DNA of 64,000 nt, taken from positions 64,001-128,000 of the forward strand of contig JAZKFH010000013.1 of the NCBI GenBank assembly GCA_040386535.1, read 5' to 3'. Positions 36,469 to 44,252 of the stretch are shown here, piece by piece. Position numbers and translations under genes: made by a program. Under the pieces are notes generated by a model. The model worked only from the letters and a program-made list of their open reading frames with translations, made no database searches and was not told the origin of the DNA. This DNA comes from Myxococcota bacterium (GTDB taxonomy: Bacteria > Myxococcota_A > UBA796 > SXON01). Each line of letters starts with the position of its first letter. Within the stretch, counting starts at the first letter, position 1.

Positions 36469-38438
36469 CCTCCCGGCGGCCCGCGCACGAACCCGAGCCC
36501 CCGCCGCTCCCGCGCCCGCTGGCCTACCTCTGGTACGGGATGGCGGGTGGGCTCTGCGGGGGCGCGGCGATCGGCGTTCTCGAGGCCCTGGTCGTGCTCT
36601 CGGTCACGCGCCCCACCGAGTACCGGGCCCTGGTCTACGCCTGGGTGGTGTACGGCGTGTTCGGCGCCGTGGCCGGGGCCGGGGTCGGCGGGGTGCTCGT
36701 GCCGTTCGGGCGGCTCGTGGGCATGGTGGCGGCGCGGGCGTGGTGCCTCGGCTTCTTCGCCGTCGCGGCGGGGCTCGGCGCCGTCGTCCTCCAGCGCACG
36801 CTCACCGCGCGGCTCGATCCCGGTGTCGGCGCCGCGGTGCTCGGCGTGCTGGCCCTCGTAGCCGTTGTCGGCGTGTGGTTCGGCGGCCACCTGCTCACCA
36901 AGACGCCGCTGCGGATCCTCACGCGCCCCCGCGGCACCGCGGGCTTCTGGGGGGCCGGCCTCGGCGTGGCGACGCTGCTGTCGCTCTCGCCCGCGCCCGG
37001 CGGCGCGGGGAACATCGCGCCCCGCCGCGCCCAGCCCGCCACGTTCGCCGAGAAGCCGGACGTGCTCCTGATCGTCGTCGAGGGGCTCCGCGCGGACGCT
37101 CTCCCCACGATGCCGGCGCTCGCGGCCTTCGCGTTGGACGCGGTGGTGTTCGATCAGCACGTCGCGGCCTCGTCGTGGGCCCGCGCGTCCGTGGCCTCGC
37201 TGCTGAGCGCGCGCGCTCCCTCGCGCCACGGCGCGGCGGCCCGCGACGGCGTGCTCGCGGACCCCGTCGTCACCGTCGCCGAGCTCCTCCGGGACGCCGG
37301 CTACGCCACGGGCGGTCTCCCCAACAGCCCCGACCTGTCCGCCACCTGGGGCTTCGACCAGGGCTTCGACTGGTATCCGTACGACCCCGACTACCCGCTC
37401 GGCGCCTCGGCGAGCGTGCACATGCTCGCGCTCTACGGGACGGCGTCCGGCCTGTTCGCCCGGTTCGATCCCACCGAGCGGCGCCACCATCACTACCGGC
37501 CCGCCGACGAACAGTTTGCCCGCGCGCACACCTTCCTCGACGCGAACCGCGCCGGAGGCGCCGCGGGCGGCGATCGCGCCTTCCTCTTCGTGCACCTCCG
37601 GGAACCGCAGGCCCCGTGGTTCCCCGAACCCGCCGACGGCACCGCCTACACCCGCGAGGCACACCCCACGCCGCTCCCGGATGAGGCGCCGGCCCTCCGC
37701 GCGCGGTACGCCGTCGGGGTCGCGCGTGTCGACGCCGCGCTCGGGCGGTTCTTCGGCGAGCTCTCGGCGGCGGGCCGCTACGACGATCTCCTCATCGTCG
37801 TGACCGCCAGCCACGGTCTCGAGCTCGGCGACCACGGCGGCACCTGGGACGGCACCACGCTCTACGACGAGCTCGTGCACGTGCCGCTGCTGGTCAAGCT
37901 GCCGAGGAAGGTGCGTGCGGGCACGCGCGTGCCGTGGCAGGTGCGCCAGGTCGACATCGCCCCCACGATCGCGGATCTCACCGGGTTTGCTCCCGATCCC
38001 GCGTGGGAGGGCACCTCCCTTTTCGACGACCCGTTCGACGACCACCTCGCCCTGCTCCTGCCCTCCGAGACGGAGGCCGACGACGAGCCCCACGCGGAGT
38101 CCGACGGGGACGCGCCGGCGCCGTTCGTGCCCCCCACGTGGGCCACCCACCCGGGCAGTCGTGATGCGCTCGTAGAGCTCGACCTGGACGGTGCGTCGCT
38201 CCGCGCCGTGCGGGGCGTCGGGCGCAAGCTGGTCCAGGTGCTGCGCGCCGCGCCGAACCAGCGCCGGCTTCCGTCGCTCGCTTGTTTCGATCTGCTCGTG
38301 GATCCCGGCGAGATCCGCGACCTCACTCGCGACGAGCCTGCCTGCGCAGGCGTGCTCGCGGAGCGGCTCCAGCGCGTCGGAGAGGCGCCGCGTTTCCCGC
38401 CTGGGGCCGCGCCCTCACAAGATCCTGACAATCGATGA
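36465..38438 (+). CDS. Membrane-anchored sulfatase-like protein with degenerate active site
   Basis: 5 TM helices then a sulfatase fold (PDVLLIV, AELL..AGY.TG, GF.QGFD.Y, LYDELVHVPLL, DIAPTI); catalytic positions substituted; GTGA overlap with wzi. Confidence 0.8.
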   Translation: MTSRRPAHEPEPPPLPRPLAYLWYGMAGGLCGGAAIGVLEALVVLSVTRPTEYRALVYAWVVYGVFGAVAGAGVGGVLVPFGRLVGMVAARAWCLGFFAVAAGLGAVVLQRTLTARLDPGVGAAVLGVLALVAVVGVWFGGHLLTKTPLRILTRPRGTAGFWGAGLGVATLLSLSPAPGGAGNIAPRRAQPATFAEKPDVLLIVVEGLRADALPTMPALAAFALDAVVFDQHVAASSWARASVASLLSARAPSRHGAAARDGVLADPVVTVAELLRDAGYATGGLPNSPDLSATWGFDQGFDWYPYDPDYPLGASASVHMLALYGTASGLFARFDPTERRHHHYRPADEQFARAHTFLDANRAGGAAGGDRAFLFVHLREPQAPWFPEPADGTAYTREAHPTPLPDEAPALRARYAVGVARVDAALGRFFGELSAAGRYDDLLIVVTASHGLELGDHGGTWDGTTLYDELVHVPLLVKLPRKVRAGTRVPWQVRQVDIAPTIADLTGFAPDPAWEGTSLFDDPFDDHLALLLPSETEADDEPHAESDGDAPAPFVPPTWATHPGSRDALVELDLDGASLRAVRGVGRKLVQVLRAAPNQRRLPSLACFDLLVDPGEIRDLTRDEPACAGVLAERLQRVGEAPRFPPGAAPSQDPDNR

Positions 38439-38488
38439 TCCATCGTCGTGGAGGTAGGGCTATAGTGCCTCAGCTCGCGGAGTCCCCC

Positions 38489-39547
38489 ATGCGGTTCATT
38501 CTCCTTTCGCTTGGTCTCGTCGGCTGCGACAACGACCTGGTCCTCAACGTCAAGAACGAGGATCCCGTCGTCATCGACGACGGCTCCATCAAGGGCCGCG
38601 TTTGTGACCCCTCCGGCCTCACCTGGCTGGCCGACGCGCAGGCGTACCTGAACGTCGTCGACGACGCGGGCGTCATCGTCGACACCCGGATCGCCTACAC
38701 CGACACCGATGGCTTCTGGGAGATCAGCGATCTCCCCGGCGATCGCGACTACACGTACTACGTGCAGTACGGCCCCGAGGTCCTCGAGGAGGACACGGTG
38801 TGGATCGGCTCGGGTGACGACTACAAGATCCCCGAGCCCGACTGCTTCGATCCGCTCACGCTCGACGTGGCGGTGGTCACGGGTGACTTCGACGACTTCA
38901 ACCTCGTCTTGAACGAGATGGGCTTCGCCAACTACGTCCTCATCACGGGTACGGACGAGTCCGACATCACGGACTTCCTCGACGATCCGGCCGAGCTCGC
39001 CAAGTACGACATCATCTTCTTCAACGGCGGGTTCGTGGAAGAGGGCGTCATCCACGACGTGGAAGACGACAGCAACACTGGCCCGACGCAGCGCATGGCG
39101 AACATCGTCAACTACGTGGAGTCGGGCGGCAGCATCTACGCGTCCGACTGGGCGTACGACGTGGTCGAGATCGGCTGGCCCGACGCCGCCGACTTCGCGG
39201 GCGCCGACGAGATCCCGGACGACGCCCAGATGGGCGACTACGAGAACGTCTCGGCCGCCATCAGCGACAACTCGCTCGCCGAGTTCCTCGGCAGCACCTA
39301 CCTCGACGTCACCTACGACCTCCCCGTGTGGCCGCCCGTGATCAACGTGGCCGACTCGGTGTCCGTGCACGTCCGCGGTGACGTGCCCTACTCCGACGGG
39401 CTGTCCAACTACAGCTTGAGCGCCTCCCCGCTGCTCTACAGCTTCAACGCGGGCGACGGCAAGGTCGTGTTCAGCACGTTCCGCGTCGCGCGCAACGCGA
39501 ACGACGACGTGGTCGACACGCTCCAGTACATGATGTACCGCCTCTAA
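38489..39547 (+). CDS. Acidic lipoprotein with carboxypeptidase-regulatory-like Ig domain and alpha/beta C-terminal domain
   Basis: TATAGT and GGAG upstream; MRFILLSLGLVG-C; GSIKGRV.DP, TDTDG.W...LP, YDIIFFN.G and YV..GG..YASDWAY motifs. Confidence 0.75.
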   Translation: MRFILLSLGLVGCDNDLVLNVKNEDPVVIDDGSIKGRVCDPSGLTWLADAQAYLNVVDDAGVIVDTRIAYTDTDGFWEISDLPGDRDYTYYVQYGPEVLEEDTVWIGSGDDYKIPEPDCFDPLTLDVAVVTGDFDDFNLVLNEMGFANYVLITGTDESDITDFLDDPAELAKYDIIFFNGGFVEEGVIHDVEDDSNTGPTQRMANIVNYVESGGSIYASDWAYDVVEIGWPDAADFAGADEIPDDAQMGDYENVSAAISDNSLAEFLGSTYLDVTYDLPVWPPVINVADSVSVHVRGDVPYSDGLSNYSLSASPLLYSFNAGDGKVVFSTFRVARNANDDVVDTLQYMMYRL

Positions 39548-39557
39548 GCTGCGCGAA

Positions 39558-40583
39558 TCAGAGGTGGCGCCGCTCGCGCCACCACCCCGCGAACGCCCCT
39601 AGCCCCACGGCCAGGGGCGTTTCCGGTTGATAGCCGGTGACCGCGAGCAGCTCCGACACGTCGGCGAAGGTCTCCACGACATCGCCCGGTTGGAGCGGCA
39701 GGAGCTCCAGGATCGCCGTGCGCTCGAACAGCGCTTCGAGGGTGCGGACGATGTCGAGCAGCTCGACCGGCGCGCCCCGCCCGACGTTGACGACACGGAA
39801 GGGCGCGGCCGACTGGTGCGGGCCGCCGTACGCGCCCCCGGCCACGGGCGGGCGTGGAAGCAGGCGCACGACGGCCTCGACCACGTCGCCCACGTAGGTG
39901 AGATCGCGCCGCATGGCGCCGTGGTTGTAGAGCGGGATGGGCCGGCCTGCGAGCAGCGCCTCCGTGAAGGTCCACACCGCCATGTCGGGGCGGCTCCACG
40001 GGCCGTACACCGTGAAGAAGCGCATGCCGGTCGACGGGACGCCGAAGCGCTCGGCGTAGGCGTGGGCGTGCAGCTCGTTGGCGCGCTTGGTCGCGGCGTA
40101 CAGGCTCACCGGGTGGTCGACCGCGTGGGCCTCGGCGAAGGGCTGCGTCGTGTTGGCGCCGTACACGGAGCTGGACGAGGCGAAGAGCAGGTGCGCCACG
40201 GGGTGGTGGCGGCACGCCTCGGCCACGTTGGCAAAACCCACGAGGTTGCTGCGCACGTAGGCGTTGGGATCGACGAGCGAGTAGCGGACGCCGACCTGGG
40301 CCCCGAGGTGCACGACGGCGTCGGGACGGAACGCGGCGAACAGCGCGTCGATCGCGGCGGCGTCGGCCAGATCGGCGTGGACGAAGCGGAAGCGGGGGGA
40401 GGGGAGGAGCCCCGCGAGGCGGGCGCGCTTGAGGGCAGGGTCGTAGTACGGGTTCAGATCGTCGAGCCCGAGCACCTCGGCGCCGTCCGCGAGGAGGCGC
40501 GCGGCAACGTGGCTGCCGATGAAGCCGGCCACGCCGGTGACCAACACGCGCTGGGGTTCGTGGGCGATCGCGGGCTCGGTCAA
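39558..40583 (-). CDS. NAD-dependent nucleotide-sugar epimerase (UDP-glucuronate 4-epimerase-like)
   Basis: LVTG.AGFIG, YYDP.LK.ARL, ASSSSVYG, PVSLYAATK, RFFTVYGPW.RPDMA and QPGDV motifs. Confidence 0.93.
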   Translation of the reverse strand: MTEPAIAHEPQRVLVTGVAGFIGSHVAARLLADGAEVLGLDDLNPYYDPALKRARLAGLLPSPRFRFVHADLADAAAIDALFAAFRPDAVVHLGAQVGVRYSLVDPNAYVRSNLVGFANVAEACRHHPVAHLLFASSSSVYGANTTQPFAEAHAVDHPVSLYAATKRANELHAHAYAERFGVPSTGMRFFTVYGPWSRPDMAVWTFTEALLAGRPIPLYNHGAMRRDLTYVGDVVEAVVRLLPRPPVAGGAYGGPHQSAAPFRVVNVGRGAPVELLDIVRTLEALFERTAILELLPLQPGDVVETFADVSELLAVTGYQPETPLAVGLGAFAGWWRERRHL

Positions 40584-40601
40584 CGCCCCTCCGCCCGCCC
40601 C

Positions 40602-41396
40602 TTATCCGGCCGCCTCTCCCCCCACCGGACGCCCGATGAGGTAGGTCGCGTGCGCGGGCGCCGACCCGAGGCGGATGCGTCCGATCTCCCAGGTGTAGTC
40701 GGGCGTGTCGATGCCAGCGACGAGGGAGCGCAGCTCCTCCTCGTTGTAGACCCGCAGGGCGGACACCATCCCGTCCCACAACACGAACAGCGGCATCACC
40801 GGCACGAGCCACGTCCAGAGCACCCACTGCCACCGGAAGGGGCGCCAGAACGGCATCGTGAGCATGACGCCGATCGGCGCGGTGAGGAGCCCGACGAAGG
40901 TGAGCGGCTCGCGGCTCACGATCTCGAACACGCCGATGGGGCGGCGCGCGGCGGCGGCGTCGGCGAGGATGCGGCGCGCGGCGTCCGGGCGGAAGTGGTG
41001 GAAGGCGTTGAAGATCGTGCGGAAGCCGGTGAGCCTCGCGGGGACGGCGGTCGCGTCGACCGGCGCGGACTCGTAGGTGATCCGCCCGCCGGAGCCCCGG
41101 GCCGCGTGTTCGAACGCGGGCTTGTTCGGGTAGAAGTCGGTGAGGTGCGCGGTCACCGGGGTGCCGGCCTCCGCCAGCGCGTCGACCACGATCCGCACGG
41201 GGCCGCCGCCCCCGGAGCACAGGTCGACGATGGAGGTGCTGCCGCTCGCCTTCATCGCCTCCGCGAGCTTCGGCCCGAGCAGCTTCGCGTGGCCGCTCAC
41301 GCGCACGGCCATCTCCAGGTACGCGGTGCCGCCGTCCCGCAGGATGGCGGGGAACCAGGAGAGATCTTCGAGCTCGACCAGGTGGATCCGCTTCAT
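40602..41396 (-). CDS. Class I SAM-dependent methyltransferase-like protein
   Basis: R.HL.E.ED..WFP..LRD, VDLCSGGGGP, LTD.YPN, VDAT.VP, AFHHF and WDG.VS.LR motifs; ATGA overlap with tetR. Confidence 0.75.
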   Translation of the reverse strand: MKRIHLVELEDLSWFPAILRDGGTAYLEMAVRVSGHAKLLGPKLAEAMKASGSTSIVDLCSGGGGPVRIVVDALAEAGTPVTAHLTDFYPNKPAFEHAARGSGGRITYESAPVDATAVPARLTGFRTIFNAFHHFRPDAARRILADAAAARRPIGVFEIVSREPLTFVGLLTAPIGVMLTMPFWRPFRWQWVLWTWLVPVMPLFVLWDGMVSALRVYNEEELRSLVAGIDTPDYTWEIGRIRLGSAPAHATYLIGRPVGGEAAG

Positions 41397-41995
41397 GTGG
41401 CCTCCGAGATGGGCGGGGGTTCGATCCCGCCGAAGTGTGCGATGAGCGAGCCGACGACCGCGTCGAGCGGGTAGCCCTCGAGATCGAGCACGTAGTGCTG
41501 GAAGATTCCGTCCAGCGCGGCGAACAGGAGGGCGGCCTCGACCTCGGGGCCGGGCCGGCCGATGGCGGTGAGGAGCCCGCCGAACGCGGCGAGCAGCGTG
41601 GCGTTCCAGGCGCGCACGCCCTCCCCGAGGCCGGCGAGGATGCCGGGCTGGAAGCGGACCCCGTACGTGACACGCCAGAAGTCGGGGTTCTGTCGGACGA
41701 TATCCGCGCTCACGCGCAGGAGCTTCCCCAGCTGGGCGCGCGGATCGGTCAGCGCCGCGATGTGGGCGAACGGCGCCGCCACGCGGGCCTGGTTCTGCTC
41801 GAACAGGGCCTGGAGCAAGGCCTCCTTGCTCGGGAAGTAGTGGTACAGGAGGCCCGAGGCCACCTTTGCCTCGTCGGCGATACGGCGGATCGAGGTCGCC
41901 TCGTACCCCGACGTGGCGAACGCGCGCAGCGCCGCGTCGAGCAGGTGATCGCGCATGTCGCCGGGGGGGCGTGGGGTCTTGGCGCGTGGGGACAT
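41393..41995 (-). CDS. TetR/AcrR family transcriptional regulator
   Basis: LLDAAL..F...GY.ATS...IA..A.V..G.LYHYF.SKE.L HTH; start at ATG 41995. Confidence 0.93.
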   Translation of the reverse strand: MSPRAKTPRPPGDMRDHLLDAALRAFATSGYEATSIRRIADEAKVASGLLYHYFPSKEALLQALFEQNQARVAAPFAHIAALTDPRAQLGKLLRVSADIVRQNPDFWRVTYGVRFQPGILAGLGEGVRAWNATLLAAFGGLLTAIGRPGPEVEAALLFAALDGIFQHYVLDLEGYPLDAVVGSLIAHFGGIEPPPISEAT

Positions 41996-42006
41996 CGGGT
42001 TCGCCG

Positions 42007-42026
42007 TTGATTGAACGTTCAATCAA
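42007..42026. promoter_or_regulatory. Perfect 20-bp palindrome TTGATTGAACGTTCAATCAA; likely TetR operator
   Basis: AT-rich perfect inverted repeat 11 bp upstream of the tetR start codon. Confidence 0.85.
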
Positions 42027-42073
42027 TAGCGCGACGCCCGTCCGGTGTCCAGATCGCGTCTCCGCGGCGCCTA

Positions 42074-42559
42074 CTACACCTCGTCGACCTGCTCGTCGCA
42101 GTCGTTGTCCAGGCCGTCGTCGGGGAGCTCGACCGCGCCGGTGTGGCTGGTGGGGTCCACGTCGTCACAGTCGTCGCACTGGTCGACGTACCCGAGCGGC
42201 GGATCACAGGCGTAGATCACGTCGTCCGGATCGCCGTGCCCGTCGCGGTCGGCGTCGTTGCAGTAGGCGGCGCCGCCCTCGTCCACCTGGAAGTCACAGT
42301 CGTCGTCCGCCGCGTTGCACGCCTCGATGGCGGCCGGGTTCACGTTCCGATCCCCCTCGTCACAGTCTCCGCCCGCCGTCGCGAACCCCAGCGGCGGGTC
42401 GCAGGCCTGGATGGCGTCCGCGTCGCTCCCGTAGCCGTCGCCGTCACTGTCGCGGAACCACGTGACCGGCGTGACGCCGCCCGAACAGGTCACCGTCACC
42501 GCGTCCCCGTCCAGATCGGACAGATCGATCCAACACCCCAGAATCCCCCAAAGGATCAT
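42074..42559 (-). CDS. Small putative lipoprotein with 2 MopE-like metal-binding repeats
   Basis: AAGGGGG RBS; MILWGILG-C; W..D.DGDG.G and DCD...P.A.E.....D.DCD..VDE repeats. Confidence 0.75.
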   Translation of the reverse strand: MILWGILGCWIDLSDLDGDAVTVTCSGGVTPVTWFRDSDGDGYGSDADAIQACDPPLGFATAGGDCDEGDRNVNPAAIEACNAADDDCDFQVDEGGAAYCNDADRDGHGDPDDVIYACDPPLGYVDQCDDCDDVDPTSHTGAVELPDDGLDNDCDEQVDEV

Positions 42560-42723
42560 GGTTTCCCCCTTTCCAACCTGATGATCAGGAGGTAGACACC
42601 TCGTCGGGAACCGCAGGCGCGGCCCATTGTCCGAGCAGGAGGGCCGAACAGCAGCCCACATACGGGGAGGCGGTGTAAGCCCCACGCCCTCTCCCCGTTC
42701 TGCCCTCGCCAAAGGAGAGTCCC

Positions 42724-42993
42724 ATGACCCGCCGCCTCGTCGCCTCCCTCCTCATCGCGCTCCTCGCCCCGACCACCGCCCTCGCCTGCGCGATGCCGCG
42801 CCGCTTCGAGGCCAAGGCGCTGGCCAACGTGATGGACGAGATCGACGCCGCCGCCGCGCCGGCCGCCCCGGTGCAGGCCGCGCCCGTACAGACAGCGCCG
42901 GCGGTCCAGACCGTCGCGTCGGCGCAGGCTTCCGCACAGGCCTCCGTGCCGACCTCGATGATCCCCGAAGCCGCCGCGGCGCAGACCCCGTGA
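42724..42993 (+). CDS. Small secreted Ala/Pro-rich hypothetical protein
   Basis: AAGGAG RBS; signal peptide ending ALA-CAMP; APVQ repeats. Confidence 0.65.
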   Translation: MTRRLVASLLIALLAPTTALACAMPRRFEAKALANVMDEIDAAAAPAAPVQAAPVQTAPAVQTVASAQASAQASVPTSMIPEAAAAQTP

Positions 42994-43054
42994 ACGGGGG
43001 CACCGCGGTGACCACGACCCCGATGACTACGACCCCGGTGCTACGCTCGCCGCC

Positions 43055-44212
43055 ATGAACCGGGCCGCCCTCCTCCTCCTCGCGGGTTGCGCGGCGTCCG
43101 CCGCCCCTCCGATCGCACCCGCCTTCCCGCCCGCGTCGGCCGAGGCGGGGCTCGCCGTGCTCCGTGGGGCCGACTGCGCGACGTGCCACACCATCCCCGG
43201 CGTCGAGGTTCCCGGCCGAACCGCCTCGTGTGTCGGCTGCCACGCCTGGGTCAAGACGGTCGCGCAGAACCCGAAGGCGCGCGCGGTCGCGATGTCCGTG
43301 TTCCCGAAGTGGGAGCGCTACGAGCGCAGCGTCCGCTCCTACGCGGAGGTGCCCGACCTCGGCGCGGCGGCGGCGCGGCTGGACCCCGCGTGGTGGGGCC
43401 GCTACCTCCACGATCCGCACGATCTGCGCCCCGCCATGGACGAGACCATGGTGCGCGTGGGCCTCGACGCGTCCGCGCTCGACGCGATCTCCGCGTGGGC
43501 GGCCAGCCGCGTGGTGCCCGTGCCCGCCACGCCCGCCCCCGACCCCGCCAACCTCGCGCGCGGCGAGGCCCTGTTCACGACGAAGGGGTGCGTGGCCTGC
43601 CACACGTTCGGCGCCTGGGGCGCGGGCCACGCTGGCGTCCCGGCCGCGCCCGACCTGCGCCACGCGCGTGACCGCATGACCGACGATGCCGTCGTCGCCT
43701 GGATCGTGGACCCCTCCGCCGTGAGCCCTGGCGCCACAATGCCCGCGCTCGGGGTCACCCGGGACGAAGCGATCGCCCTGCGCGACTGGATCGTGCTCGC
43801 GACGCCCGGCGGTGCCCGTCCGGCCGCGCCCGCCGCGCTCCCCGTCGTCACGCGCCCGGTGACCTACGCCGAGGTCGAGGAGAAGGTGTTCGGCAAGATC
43901 TGCATCCACTGCCACATGGACCCCGCGCAGAACGAGGGGCGCGCGGGGCCCGGCAACGCCGGCGGATTCGGCTGGCCAGCCACGGGCATCGAGCTCCAGA
44001 ACATCGCGAGCGTGCGCGAACACGGGCCGGCGATCGTGGACGCGCTCCTGCGCCGTCGCGACGAGGCCGCGCGCGACGTGGTGCGCCCGGGCGAGGCTCC
44101 CGCCACGATCACGCGCCCCGTGAAGCCGGGCATGCCGCTCGGCCTGCCGCCCATCCCCGACGCGGACATCGCGCTGGTGCGGGCGTGGTACGCGCAGGGG
44201 GCGCCGGAGTAG
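43055..44212 (+). CDS. Tetraheme c-type cytochrome lipoprotein
   Basis: LLAG-C lipobox; CATCH, CVGCH, CVACH and CIHCH; two PDL..R...W...DP...P...M segments. Confidence 0.85.
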   Translation: MNRAALLLLAGCAASAAPPIAPAFPPASAEAGLAVLRGADCATCHTIPGVEVPGRTASCVGCHAWVKTVAQNPKARAVAMSVFPKWERYERSVRSYAEVPDLGAAAARLDPAWWGRYLHDPHDLRPAMDETMVRVGLDASALDAISAWAASRVVPVPATPAPDPANLARGEALFTTKGCVACHTFGAWGAGHAGVPAAPDLRHARDRMTDDAVVAWIVDPSAVSPGATMPALGVTRDEAIALRDWIVLATPGGARPAAPAALPVVTRPVTYAEVEEKVFGKICIHCHMDPAQNEGRAGPGNAGGFGWPATGIELQNIASVREHGPAIVDALLRRRDEAARDVVRPGEAPATITRPVKPGMPLGLPPIPDADIALVRAWYAQGAPE

Positions 44213-44252
44213 CTCGCGTCTTGGAGCACCGGGCCTACGACACCGGCGCCGC

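Noticed and set aside
9558..42692. Identical 15-mer AGCCCCACGCCCTCT at 9558 and 42678
   Set aside because: Many chance 15-mer matches are expected in 64 kb of this composition; flanking similarity is weak.
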